A DNA stretch of 62,600 nucleotides, counting the filler, from Stramenopiles sp. TOSAG23-2 (taxonomy: Eukaryota): NCBI GenBank assembly GCA_900128395.1. It is 6 parts of 6 records of this genome, joined end to end, with 100 filler letters (N's around TTAATTAATTAA, not from the genome) between each part and the next. Parts side by side here need not be neighbours in the genome. Positions count along the whole stretch, not along the records: positions 20,927 to 31,288 come from LT650024.1; positions 31,389 to 41,732 come from LT650025.1; 4 more parts are not named here. One strand, written 5' to 3'. A model generated the notes under the pieces. The model was not told the DNA's origin. It was given only the letters and a program-made list of their open reading frames with translations, and did not search any database. The position numbers and the translations under genes were made by a program. Below are positions 22,746 through 34,077 of the stretch, piece after piece (the first letter of the stretch is position 1; each line of letters begins with the position of its first letter).

Positions 22746-23888
22746 TTATTTCTTCTTCTTTTTTTTACCACCACCACCACGTTTTTTCTTCCCAGCACCT
22801 TTACCACCTTTACCTTTTTTACTTTTTGATTTGCTTTTACTTTTTGATTTGCTTTTACTTTTTGATTTGCTTTTTTTTGATTTACGACTTGATTTACGAC
22901 TACCACTTCGACCACGTGTTTTATTGCCTTCAACAAAAACCAATGAGTATTCTTCCTCCAATGGCATCTCAAATTGATCATTTTTCACACGTAAAACTTC
23001 ATATTTCATCAATAATTTTAAATATTTTTCATAAATATCTTTGCTTACATTTGCATTCATCGACATGGTATTGAAATATTGATGACTTATATTGTATTCC
23101 ATTGCTACTTCGTTAATATGTAATGTTTTCAATTCTTCATATTTTTCTTTCGTTAATTTTAATTGTTCTTCCGTTTCTTTTAAAACTTTTCTAGTATGAG
23201 CATGACGATCCATTTCTGTTTGAAACTCTTTTTGTGTTTGTTTTAATTCACGTAACGTTGCACCTTGCTCAACTGCTTTTATAGCACATAAATCTAATGC
23301 ATAGGATGATGTAACCTCGTTAAAAGCACTTGAATCTACTAACATACTTTTTAATTCTTCTATACGTTGATTTGCTGCACCTAAACGATCTACGAAAAAG
23401 CTTAATTGTGCACGTTTTGCATCACCTTCACTTAAAACGGTTTTTAATCGACCAGAAACATCTTTCATTTCTTTTATTAATTTTCCTCTAGCTTCCCGTT
23501 CCAATGCACGTACTGCATCTAATGATCTAAAGAATGCTAATACGGATATAGAATCTTGATTCTTTTTCAATTGTTCTTGTGCAGCTTTTAATTTCATTTC
23601 CTCACGTACGGTTAATGATAATATTTGATCGATTCTATCTTCTATTGCTGGTTCATCCATAAAACTATATAAACGTGTTTGGTTTAATTTTCCTGTAAAA
23701 AGTGATAAAATAATTCATATATGTTGTGTTAGCGATATAATGTTTGGAATATAATAAAAGAGGTATTTAGTTGTGTTATATATATACATACCTGTCATGA
23801 CTTCTTTCCCTATATTTACATTTTTTCTACGTTTCATTTGCTCCCTTGCACGGCGCATACGTTCTTGATATTTTGCATACGAACCCAT
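22746..23888 (-). CDS. Coiled-coil protein with a (KS)n/Lys-Gly-rich tail, 2 exons (23888-23792, 23692-22746)
   Basis: A 99-nt GTATGT..GCTAAC..TACAG intron joins MGSYAKYQERMRR...EVMTG in frame to KLNQTRLYSFMDEP. Confidence 0.7.
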
Positions 23889-24840
23889 GTTGTTTATACC
23901 GTTTGCCTTATTAAGATTCTATTATGTTATAAAATATATTTTCTACTTTCGATATATCTCTACGGATAAACAACTGTATATGATATGGATAAAATAAAAT
24001 TATACTTCAAACAACGACAATAATGTTTCTATTATAAATTATACTATAATATCAAACAACGACAATATGTTTCTATTCCACACGATTAGTTATTGATATG
24101 TCCAGTTCTACAATATTGTGCTTGGTATAAAATATATTTGTTACTTTCGATATATCTCTACAGATAATTTTGCATACGAACCCATGTTGTTTATACCGTT
24201 TGCCTTATTAAGATTCTATTATTAAATGCTTGTTATAAAATATATTTTCTACTTTCGATATATCTCTACAGATAAACAACTGTGTATGATATGAATAAAA
24301 TAAAATTATACTATACAAACTATGTTTCTATTATAAATTATATTATAATATCAAACAACGACAATATGTTTCTATTCCACGCGATTAGTTATTGATATGT
24401 ACTGTTCTATAATATTGTGCTTGGTATAAAATATATTTGTTACTTTCGATATATCTCTACAGATAAACAACTGTGTATGATATGAATAAAATAAAATTAT
24501 ACTATACAAACTATGTTTCTATTATAAATTATATTATAATATCAAACAACGACAATATGTTTCTATTCCACGCGATTAGTTATTGATATGTACTGTTCTA
24601 TAATATTGTGCTTGGTATAAAATATATTTGTTACTTTCGATATATCTCTACAGATAAACAACTGTATATGATATGAATAAAAAACAATTATACTATACAA
24701 ACTATGTTTCTATTATAAATTATACTATAATATCAAACAACGACAATAATGTTTCTATTATAAATTATATTATACTATCAAACAACGACAATAATGTTTC
24801 TATTCCACACGATTGGTTACATGTCCTGTTCTACAATATT
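23870..24840. repeat. Tandem repeat array, ~191-198-bp unit, ~5 imperfect copies
   Basis: TACTTTCGATATATCTCTAC(A/G)GATAA recurs near 23961, 24159, 24267, 24458 and 24649. Confidence 0.9.
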
Positions 24841-24939
24841 GATTTTCGTCATGTCTATTGCTTTTTCTATACATCATGTGTCCATATATATAAACTTTTT
24901 ACATGGAAATGTGTGCCTTTTTGCAACTGGCAATCTTTT

Positions 24940-25790
24940 TCTAGCTTTTTATTACCTTAATATTGTGCAAGTGTTGCTACCATTGAAGCAGCATGTATTT
25001 TAAAAATTCATTATAAAATGGTTTATTTTCATGCTAAAAATTGTGTTAAAAATTTATTATAAAATGGTTTATTTTCATGCTAAAAATTGTGTTAAAAATT
25101 CATTATAAAATGGTTTATTTTCATACTAAAAATTGTGTTAGCTTGTGTTTTTCATTGTTATTAGTTTTATTTTAAAACACGTGTTAAACTCATATAATTG
25201 ATTTGAACACTATTTAAGGTATATACGAAAAATGGTCAAAAGAATGGTTAAATGTCAAATGTAAATTCTTCACATTTCCTGTATTACCAAATCGCCTTCA
25301 TCATCTTTTTCTGGCATTTTATTACCTTAATATTGTGGCATGGGTTGCTACCATAGAAGCAGCATCAATTTTAAAAATTCATTATAAAATGGTTTATTTT
25401 CATACTAAAAATTGTGTTAGCTTGTGTTTTTCATTGTTATTAATCTTATTTTAAAACACGTGTTAAACTCATATAATTGATTTGAACACTATTTAAGGTA
25501 TATACGAAAAATGGTCAAAAGAATGGTTAAATGTCAAATGTAAATTCTTCACATTTCCTGTATTACCAAATCGCCTTCATCATCTTTTTCTGGCATTTTA
25601 TTACCTTAATATTGTGGCATGGGTTGCTACCATAGAAGCAGCATCAATTTTAAAAATTCATTATAAAATGGTTTATTTTCATGCTAACAATTGTGTTAGC
25701 TTGTGTTTTTCATTGTTATTAATCTTATTTTAAAACACGTGTTAAACTCATATAATTGATTTGAAAACTATTTAAGGTATATATAAAAAA
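24940..25790. repeat. Tandem repeat array, 279-bp unit x3; first unit carries a 46-bp sub-repeat x3
   Basis: ATTACCTTAATATTGTG at 24951, 25321, 25600; TTATAAAATGG at 25011, 25057, 25103. Confidence 0.9.
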
Positions 25791-26077
25791 TTACAAATTT
25801 TGCCCGTTGGCATTTTTGCCAAAAATTAATAAAAAATTAATAAAATACATGTACACATCTCCATATACGCATACACACATTACATCTACGCAACAGGACA
25901 AATAGTTCTAAAGAAGAAGATCATCATTACTGTTAGGTAGGGCATTTCCACATATATATTAACATTCGTATACAATATTTTAATCGTGCATTTTCATCAT
26001 ATATATATACGTATACATTAACATTCGTAATTAAGATTTTTTTTTTTTGATTAAGCCAAATTATTATACTCCACCAC

Positions 26078-27471
26078 ATGTCCCATTACAATAAGAAAGC
26101 GGCATTGACAGGGGATGATACGCAGGAAAGTGCATCGTATCGACGTGTATTAGGTACCGATATTGGTTCATTGGAACATCCATATTTCTCCACATCCGTA
26201 CGTAAATTTGAAACGAAACATGGAAAACAAGCTGCAATGCCAAAGTTTGCAGCATTGATGAAAAAAAATGAATGGAGGTTGCAATATCATATAATAATAT
26301 TGGATTGGTTCATAAATCACATGGTAATTATGATAAAGCATTAGAATATTATAATAAAGGATTAGATATTCGTAAAAATAAATTCGGTAAAGATCATCCT
26401 GATGTTGCAATATCATATAATAATATTGGATTGGTTTATTATGAACAAGGTAATTATGATAAAGCATTAGAATATCATAATAAATCATTAGATATTCGTT
26501 TGAATAAATTAGGTAAAGATCATCCTGATGTTGCATCATCATATAATAATATTGGATTGGTTCAAGATGAACAAGGTAATTATGATAAAGCATTAGAATA
26601 TTATTATAAAGCATTAGATATTCGTATGAATAAATTAGGTAAAGATCATCCTGATGTTGCAGAGTCATATAATAATATTGGATTGGTTCAAGATGAACAA
26701 GGTAATTATGATAAAGCATTAGAATATCATAATAAATCATTAGATATTCGTTTGAATAAATTAGGTAAAGATCATCCTGATGTTGCAGAGTCATATAATA
26801 ATATTGGTACAGTTCATGATGAACAAGATAAATATGATGAAGCATTAGAATATTATAATAAAGCATTAGATATTCGTTTGAATAAATTAGGTAAAGATCA
26901 TCCTGATGTTGCAGAGTCATATAATAATATAGATACAGTTCATGATGAACAAGATAAATATGATGAAGCATTAGAATATTATAATAAAGCATTAGATATT
27001 CGTATGAATAAATTAGGTAAAGATCATCCTGATGTTGCAGAGTCATATAATAATATTGGATTAATTTACAGTAACCAAGGTAAATATGATGAAGCATTAG
27101 AATATTATAATAAATCATTAGATATTCATATGAATAAATTTGGTAAAGATCATCCTGATGTTGCAATATCATATGGTAATATTGGTACAGTTTATTATGA
27201 GCAAAGTAATTATGATGAAGCATTAGAATATTATAATAAAGCATTAGATATTCGTATGAATAAATTAGGTAAAGATCATCCTGATGTTGCAATATCGTAT
27301 AATAATATTGGTGCGGTTCATGATGAACAAGGTAATTATGATAAAGCATTAGAATATTATAATAAAGCATTCATCATTTTTAAGATCAAATTAGGAACAA
27401 CTCATAATCGTACAATTGATACATTAAAAAAGGTATTAAAATTAAGAAAGTGTGTTTTAAAAAAAAAGTGA
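26078..27471 (+). CDS. TPR protein with nine 42-aa kinesin-light-chain-type repeats; the N-terminal ~65 aa are joined by an apparent 1-nt frameshift near 26273
   Basis: 126-bp units HPDVA.SYNNIG.V..EQG.YD.ALEYYNKALDIR. Adding one G in TGGAG gives KKNEW-EVAISYNNIG. Confidence 0.8.
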
Positions 27472-28152
27472 GGAGAGATAATGAGAGATGAGAGGAAAAA
27501 ATATCGAAAAAAACACGCTCTGAAAAACGAAAAACGTTTTTTTACGGAGAGAGTAAAAAATTTAATCTCTAGAGATATATCATGGTTAAAATCTAAGTTA
27601 TAATATTTTTACACTTCTCGTGTTAAAGTAATATGCTCAATACTCAATCGCAAGAATAATAATGTTATCCTACTATAGTAAAGCTCTAATGCACCGAATC
27701 TCTAGGAGAGATACATTTTTTATATTTTTTTTATCTTTTATCTGAGTGTAGATTCAAGACCCCGGACCCATTCCACTAAACTTCCAAGACAAATTGTGCA
27801 TCTTGGACACCACAATCCACAATCTTTAATGATTTAATGAATGATACTATCAGTATGATACCCATATCCATTATAAATGGCAGCACGAAGTAAATTAGAG
27901 ATTTTACACATTAATACAAAGTATACACATTAATGACGAAGTACCTTTTTTAAAAATATTAATTTTTATTAAAAAAATGAATGGTTAAAATCTCTACGAA
28001 GTTAATAATAATTTTACTTCCCCATATTATAACATATATTACTTCGTATCATATATATATTTTAATACGAGCAAAATGTATGCACAGTAATACGCACCAG
28101 TTCACCGATTTGTACGTATATAATATACACCACATATAATTTTTTCCATTTT

Positions 28153-30534
28153 TCATAGCAACATCGTTGCATCCAATTCCCCATCACAAATTGGTGGGCG
28201 TGCACTTATTGTTTGTTCTTGTTGTACACCAACTACACCTTCTGTCAACAATGCATTCCGTGCTCGTTCCACAAAAGCAAGTACAGGTTCTTGACGACTT
28301 CTTCTCCCTACATCCTTTTCCACTTTTTCAAATACACGCGTTGCTCTCAATAAATAAGCACGCATACTTTCTTTCCGTCGACGTTTTGGTAAAAGATCAA
28401 CATCTTTACCTTTATTAAAACCATATTCTTCTTCTTCTCCATCTGATACATTATTATTATTATTATCATTATTATTATTATTACCATTATCGTTTTCATT
28501 ATTATTATTATTATTATTATTATTACGTTCTCCAACACCAGCAGAACGAACACGGCGTTTTGTAGAGGTAGAGGTACTACTATTGCTACCGCCATATTTC
28601 TTACGTCGTTTCATTTTCTTTTCTCTTATTCCATTTGCTGCTGATATTTCCATACGTCTACGTGCTTCTTCTTCAATTCTTAATTGTTTCTCTAATTTCA
28701 ACTTTGCTTTTACCTCTTGTTTACGTCTTTTTCTCATTTTTTCTTTCTTTTTTTTCAATAAATTTTGCTTTATCTCCTCTGCAACACGCTTTTGTTTTTT
28801 TGCCATTTCCACTTTTTTCAATGCATCTGCTTCTTTTTGCTGTAATATCTTTAATTTTTCTTCTTCCTTCTTCATACGTGATACTTCTAACAACCGTTGG
28901 CGTCTACGATATGCTTCTTCTTTTGCTCTACGTTCCATTTCCAATTGAAGCTGATATTCCGCTTCGAATTGTTGGATCTGTCGTAGTTTTTCCTCTTCTG
29001 CTAAGACTTTCTTCAACTCTTCTTTCTTTGCTGCTTTCTTGCGAATGTTCTCCCGACGTTTTTTCTCTTGTTCTTTACGTTTCTCTTTTTGTTTCTTCTT
29101 CCTTTCCTCTTCTTCTTTTGCTAATTTCAATTGTTCCTGCTTTTCTGCGTGTTTTTTTTTCTTTTCGATTTCTAAAGATCGACGCAACTTTTTGCGCATT
29201 TCAAACATACCATCTTTAAATCTTTTTTCACGTTCTTGTTTTTCTTTCTCTTTTTTCATTTCCATTTGTTTTTCATATTGGAGTTGGATTTCATCTTCTT
29301 TTTTCTTTTTTTTATCATATATTTTAGCTCGTTCACGAATTTTTTCTAACCGTTTTTTTTCAATCTCGGCAACACGTAATAATCCATTTACTTTCAAATC
29401 AACAGATGAATCATTTGGTTTTTGTTGTTTTAATCGTTTTAAACCTCGAATTACATTTACAACACCGGATGCCGTAGTGGTAGATACAGATGGTGGTGGT
29501 GGTGGTGGAAGATCCGAGTTGTCGCTACTCCTATTGCAGTTGCTATCGCTATTATTATTATTATTATCATTGCTATGCGTAGTACTTTTTTGTTTGATTA
29601 TTGGTGAGCAGTTATCACTGACATTACTATGTGTAATACTTCCCGTTAAAAATAACTGGAAGCCATTACCTTTGTTATTATTGTCGCATTCGTCGTCTTC
29701 TTCTTCGCTATCATCAACTTCTTCTTCTTCTTCTACTACTACGACCTTGTTGGCAATTACTTTTACTATGATATCTTCCAAAATTTCATTTATTACACGT
29801 CTTCGTGTTTCTTCTTCAATTCGTAATTGGTTTTCCGCTTCTAACTTGGCTTCTTTTGCTAATTTAATTTCTAACTTTTGCTTTCGCTTGATATTTTGTC
29901 GGACAATATAACCACGAAATAATTTCTGCATAGATAATGCTCCCCATAGTTTACGACATAAAGAAATTTGACGTTGATGCATTGCTTCACGAACCCAATA
30001 TTGAATTTTCTTTGCAGCATCTAGACGTTTTAATTTATAATGTTTATAATAATGACGATATTGACGTTGGATCATAATAGCAGCAAATGTTCTTAATTGT
30101 ACAGCACGCACAGTCTTTCGTGTTTTTAACACCCGTTTTGCGATGTGCATGCGATAATTGTTTTGTATTATCAAGGCTGATTTATATAGTAAGAACCTCT
30201 TTTTCCTTGAATCAATTCTTTTTTGTCGTCTTTCACGTTCAACAGCCCTTTTTTTCAATTCATTTTTTACACGTTCCACTTCTTCTTCTAATAACTGTAC
30301 ATTTCTGTCACGTTCATTTAATGCTTGCTTCTTTTTTTCTTGCCTCTCTTCTAACTTTCTTTTATATGTAGCAGCATCTAACGTAGTATTATTGAAAAAT
30401 CGTCCTTGTAAATTACTTGTAAACCGGTTGGAATGTACGTTGGATGAGCGTACATTTGATCCACTTGTTTGCATGTTTACTATCCCCCTGGAATATCTTG
30501 TAGGGGATTCCATCCTCCTATTTTCTTTGGACAT
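28153..30534 (-). CDS. IQ-motif (calmodulin-binding) and charged coiled-coil protein
   Basis: IIQNNYRMH, MIQRQYRHY, KIQYWVR, MQKLFRGYIVR followed by long E/K/R-rich helices. Confidence 0.75.
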   Translation of the reverse strand: MSKENRRMESPTRYSRGIVNMQTSGSNVRSSNVHSNRFTSNLQGRFFNNTTLDAATYKRKLEERQEKKKQALNERDRNVQLLEEEVERVKNELKKRAVERERRQKRIDSRKKRFLLYKSALIIQNNYRMHIAKRVLKTRKTVRAVQLRTFAAIMIQRQYRHYYKHYKLKRLDAAKKIQYWVREAMHQRQISLCRKLWGALSMQKLFRGYIVRQNIKRKQKLEIKLAKEAKLEAENQLRIEEETRRRVINEILEDIIVKVIANKVVVVEEEEEVDDSEEEDDECDNNNKGNGFQLFLTGSITHSNVSDNCSPIIKQKSTTHSNDNNNNNSDSNCNRSSDNSDLPPPPPPSVSTTTASGVVNVIRGLKRLKQQKPNDSSVDLKVNGLLRVAEIEKKRLEKIRERAKIYDKKKKKEDEIQLQYEKQMEMKKEKEKQEREKRFKDGMFEMRKKLRRSLEIEKKKKHAEKQEQLKLAKEEEERKKKQKEKRKEQEKKRRENIRKKAAKKEELKKVLAEEEKLRQIQQFEAEYQLQLEMERRAKEEAYRRRQRLLEVSRMKKEEEKLKILQQKEADALKKVEMAKKQKRVAEEIKQNLLKKKKEKMRKRRKQEVKAKLKLEKQLRIEEEARRRMEISAANGIREKKMKRRKKYGGSNSSTSTSTKRRVRSAGVGERNNNNNNNNNENDNGNNNNNDNNNNNVSDGEEEEYGFNKGKDVDLLPKRRRKESMRAYLLRATRVFEKVEKDVGRRSRQEPVLAFVERARNALLTEGVVGVQQEQTISARPPICDGELDATMLL

Positions 30535-30696
30535 AAGGAATGCTTTTAAAATGAGACCACGTATTTAGAACAATAAAATATTAGGATGTGATACAATATT
30601 ATGGATTGGAATCCATTGACAAACATGTATATAAATATATGCTTTTTGTTTTCAGAGATGAGCTACTAACGTCTACTTTTTCAGCCAAACCAGGTA

Positions 30697-30883
30697 TAGC
30701 ATTACACAACATTGGATATACCAGTAAATAACACCATAAACAAAAATAGCACCTTTGCTTAAAAATAGTACTACAAAAACTTAATAGTAGCTACCTCCTA
30801 TTTATTTCGGAGCAGCTCTAGCATTACACAACATTGGATATAGCAGTAAATACCACCATAAACAAAAATAGCACCTTTGCTTA
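30697..30883. repeat. ~65-bp direct repeat, two copies (30697-30761, 30819-30883)
   Basis: TAGCATTACACAACATTGGATATA.CAGTAAATA.CACCATAAACAAAAATAGCACCTTTGCTTA twice, with 2 mismatches. Confidence 0.9.
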
Positions 30884-30985
30884 TTTACAATCGGCGATAG
30901 GTAAACTAAATATACCTTACTGACTACTCAAGCTTACTTCCTTAATTTAATTTAATTTACTCTCTAATACAACGTTGTGTTTGTT

Positions 30986-31033
30986 GGCATATGAATGATG
31001 ATTTATGGCCCAGCTCATGGAGCTGAATATGCT
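30986..31033 (+). ncRNA. Candidate minimal box C/D snoRNA
   Basis: Terminal stem GCATAT/ATATGC, box C ATGATGA (30995-31001), box D CTGA (31023-31026). Internal CCCAGCTCA is complementary to the conserved LSU rRNA sequence UGAGCUGGG. Confidence 0.3.
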
Positions 31034-31288
31034 GCCTTCCAAAAGAAAAAATTTTAACTAACTATGCAGACCTATATCTATTAATGTCTAATAAATATGA
31101 TCTTGAAACATATCTTCTATGTGCGTATGACTCTTAGATCTACATATATATATATTTAATGTATATATATATATATATGCCGTGAGGATAGGCCCCTTCT
31201 TTCTTAGTGACTTTTTCTTTATCTAAAAGTTCCTCACCTCGTTGTACCGAGTACAGCATATGTATACTCAGGTGTAGGAACTTTCCCC

Positions 31289-31388
31289 NNNNNNNNNNNN
31301 NNNNNNNNNNNNNNNNNNNNNNNNNNNNNNNNTTAATTAATTAANNNNNNNNNNNNNNNNNNNNNNNNNNNNNNNNNNNNNNNNNNNN
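31289..31388. other. Artificial contig linker
   Basis: N44-TTAATTAATTAA-N44. Confidence 0.98.
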
Positions 31389-31800
31389 GGTACACAGGAC
31401 TGGTTATTGACAATGAACAAATAACCAGTTCTGTGTAGGCGCACCACTTTTATGGATAATGGACCCGATTATTAGGACTTCTTGTCGAGTATAATATTTA
31501 TTCCAGCCACAATGTATCAAGAATATTTACAACAATACCCGAATAATTATAAAGGTGATAATAAATGTAGTGTTATGTTCTTCTTCTTATTATAATTATC
31601 AGGATAATACCAATATATTTGCATATTTATTGTTATTAGGTTATGTACACAGTATATAATACAATAATGTATCAATAGTCGCTCGTTGACAAAAGCGATT
31701 TGTTGAGAAGTGATAGTAAAAAAAAAATGCAAGTATTATAAAATTAATCCGCCACTGGTGAATTTTTCTCTTTGGACGCCCGTAGACGTTAACAGAAAGA

Positions 31801-32868
31801 ATGGGTTCGTTTGAGAAACAATGGCGTTATAAAGTGAGAGGCAAGGGTATATCCAAGAAGAGCGTCCGGATTATACTGTTTTGTTCCCTAGTCAACTGCG
31901 TCTTAGTCTGTCATTTGTTCTTTTTCCCCCGAAAGAGCTGCCCCGGCCTGTCTGTGCTGCCGTCGGAGTCTCAGATCATGGCCCGGTACGACCTCGTCAA
32001 CCCAGAGACCAGGGCACGGTACAGGGATATGCCAAAAAAGAAGCCTGGGTTGCTTACGTTGTCGGTGGGAAAGTCAGAGGGTCCCAACGTCGACAAACTG
32101 TTGGAATCGTTCGACGAGGCATTCTTTGACGTGATTCTTTTCCACTATAGCGCAGACGATACCATGGAGGCATGGACATCGACGTACAAATGGGCCAAGT
32201 CCCGGCACGTCCGCCACATTTTTGACCCGCACAAGCTAAAGTTGGATTTTGGCAGGCTGTACCTGTCACCGACAATCACCGACAAGTACGAGTACATATT
32301 TTTTTGGGACGAAGACGGCCAAATTCCAGACGAGTCGAAGAAGTTCTGGGGCAACAGGGCGGTCAAATTTTTCAGCCGAAACAACATAGACTTCGGGGGC
32401 CCCACCTTTACCATGGACAGCACGGTGACGTACGCGCCGAAGTCGAAATATTCCCCGGCCCTGGGGGAACTGAAAGACACGGAGTTGGTGGTTGAGATTG
32501 GTTTTCAGATATGGAGTTCAAAAGCTTGGATTTTCGCCCATCGAATACTTCAGAAGTACCCGTTTCGCCTGTGGTATTTTGACGCCCTCCCGTGGAAGTG
32601 CATTGGGGCAGGGGCCATAAAGCGGATCAAGTACATGAACAGGCTCCCCATTCGCCACGTGAGGCAGTCGAGCGAGGCAAGGCTGCCCCTTGAGACCGAC
32701 ACCATACGGGACGACATAAACTATAGAAACGATATCATTGATGAATTTGGATGCTGCGAATATTTGGAAAAGCTTCGAATGCAGTCGATCGTTACAAGAA
32801 AAGAAGAGGGGGTCGAATTCCTCAATTGCAAGTTGGGGTTCCCAGATTATTTGTTGAGAAAAGAATAA
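31801..32868 (+). CDS. DUF707-family type II membrane protein (putative glycosyltransferase), unusually GC-rich
   Basis: N-terminal TM anchor; LLTLSVG, FDVILFHY, DKYEYIFFWDED, VEIGFQIWS..AW motifs. Confidence 0.75.
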   Translation: MGSFEKQWRYKVRGKGISKKSVRIILFCSLVNCVLVCHLFFFPRKSCPGLSVLPSESQIMARYDLVNPETRARYRDMPKKKPGLLTLSVGKSEGPNVDKLLESFDEAFFDVILFHYSADDTMEAWTSTYKWAKSRHVRHIFDPHKLKLDFGRLYLSPTITDKYEYIFFWDEDGQIPDESKKFWGNRAVKFFSRNNIDFGGPTFTMDSTVTYAPKSKYSPALGELKDTELVVEIGFQIWSSKAWIFAHRILQKYPFRLWYFDALPWKCIGAGAIKRIKYMNRLPIRHVRQSSEARLPLETDTIRDDINYRNDIIDEFGCCEYLEKLRMQSIVTRKEEGVEFLNCKLGFPDYLLRKE

Positions 32869-33195
32869 AAATACATGTTAAGATGGAACCATCTTCGATT
32901 TCAGTGAGATAGATATTAATGTTGGCTGGGTTAATTTATTCTTTGGAGAGTATAGTGTTTGAGCCAAATACAAGGAACTTCAAAAAAAAAAAGCAACAAA
33001 ACAAACAATGAAATGCTGCTTCAAGGTAAAGCATTTAGGAAACGGGTAAAGTATGAATTTTTAAAAGCATTTATGAGATTCACTCTCTATGGGGACTTTT
33101 TTATTTTCCTTCTTTACCTCTTTCCTTTTTTCTTTACCTTTACCCAAATAAGAATAATAATATATTTAATTAAAACCCGAGGTAGATCTCGCGGG

Positions 33196-33372
33196 TCAGC
33201 AAATGCATCGGGCGTATTTCTTTCTTGCATCTTTAGCTTCCTTTTTATATTCTTTTTCAATACGTTTACGCCCTTTTCTGTTCTTCCATGCTTTGTTAAA
33301 TTCGCTAACCAAGTGCGCTCGATGTCTACGCTGTGCCTGTCGCGAGGTTTTTTTTTGTACAACTTCTAGCAT
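33196..33372 (-). CDS. Small basic hypothetical protein (58 aa, ends RCIC)
   Basis: ATG at 33372, K/R-rich helical sequence in a locally GC-elevated segment. No family recognised. Confidence 0.25.
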   Translation of the reverse strand: MLEVVQKKTSRQAQRRHRAHLVSEFNKAWKNRKGRKRIEKEYKKEAKDARKKYARCIC

Positions 33373-34077
33373 GGCCCGGCTGCATATTACATCACTTACT
33401 AGCAGGTGATATGACGGTGGTACGTGATTCACTGTTTTTTTGATTTGACCGGCTGGTTGTCGGAAGTCTTGATAGACTAAATTTTACTTCTGAAAATCTA
33501 CTAAAAGAGTCAACCAAATAAGGTTTTTTATTATGGCATTTCCGCATGGGACTTCGCGTACTTTAAGGGTCTTTACAATGAAACTTTCGCCTGTACTGCT
33601 CTACTTTTCGACTGTATTAGTTTAATTAGTATACGAATTTATTATACCTTGCTTGTATTAGTATACACTGTATCGTATCCGACGTCTGTTTGTGCCACTT
33701 TCCCTCCTGTCGTCATGTTGTGAAAAAGTGCAACTAGTTATTATTGTAGAAAATAGTACTCGTACTAAGTTACTATCCAACCTTAGATAGATTTAGATGA
33801 TTACCTGCCCATAAAAGGACCAGGTACTTGCACTATTTATAATACATTTGTGCTTCATTCACTACTAGCATACTTCATCATTCCAGCTAGCAGCATTGTT
33901 GCCATTTTTTTAATTTATTTATTGTTTTGTTACGTATTATTTATAAAAATAGTATCCCATATACATATCATATTATTCATGACACAAAATAGAAAAAAAA
34001 AACGTGGTATATTTAGTATCTACAATATTATCATTGATATATGTAAAAAAAATAAATATATATATAAATTTGTAAAT

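Noticed and set aside
23870-25790. CRISPR-like array
   Set aside because: Long contiguous units with no unique spacers, no cas genes, eukaryotic context. The same applies to 57583-58531.
26168-27370. 400-aa antisense ORF rich in Y/L/H
   Set aside because: Shadow of the 126-bp TPR repeats; one stop-free unit repeated gives a long ORF.
27740-27790. Possible tRNA-like segment (GATTCAAGACCCCGG...CCA)
   Set aside because: No cloverleaf could be built; no tRNA or rRNA gene was recognised in the window.
29039-29911. Long F/S/L-rich antisense ORFs opposite K/E-rich genes
   Set aside because: Compositional shadows of coiled-coil coding strands.
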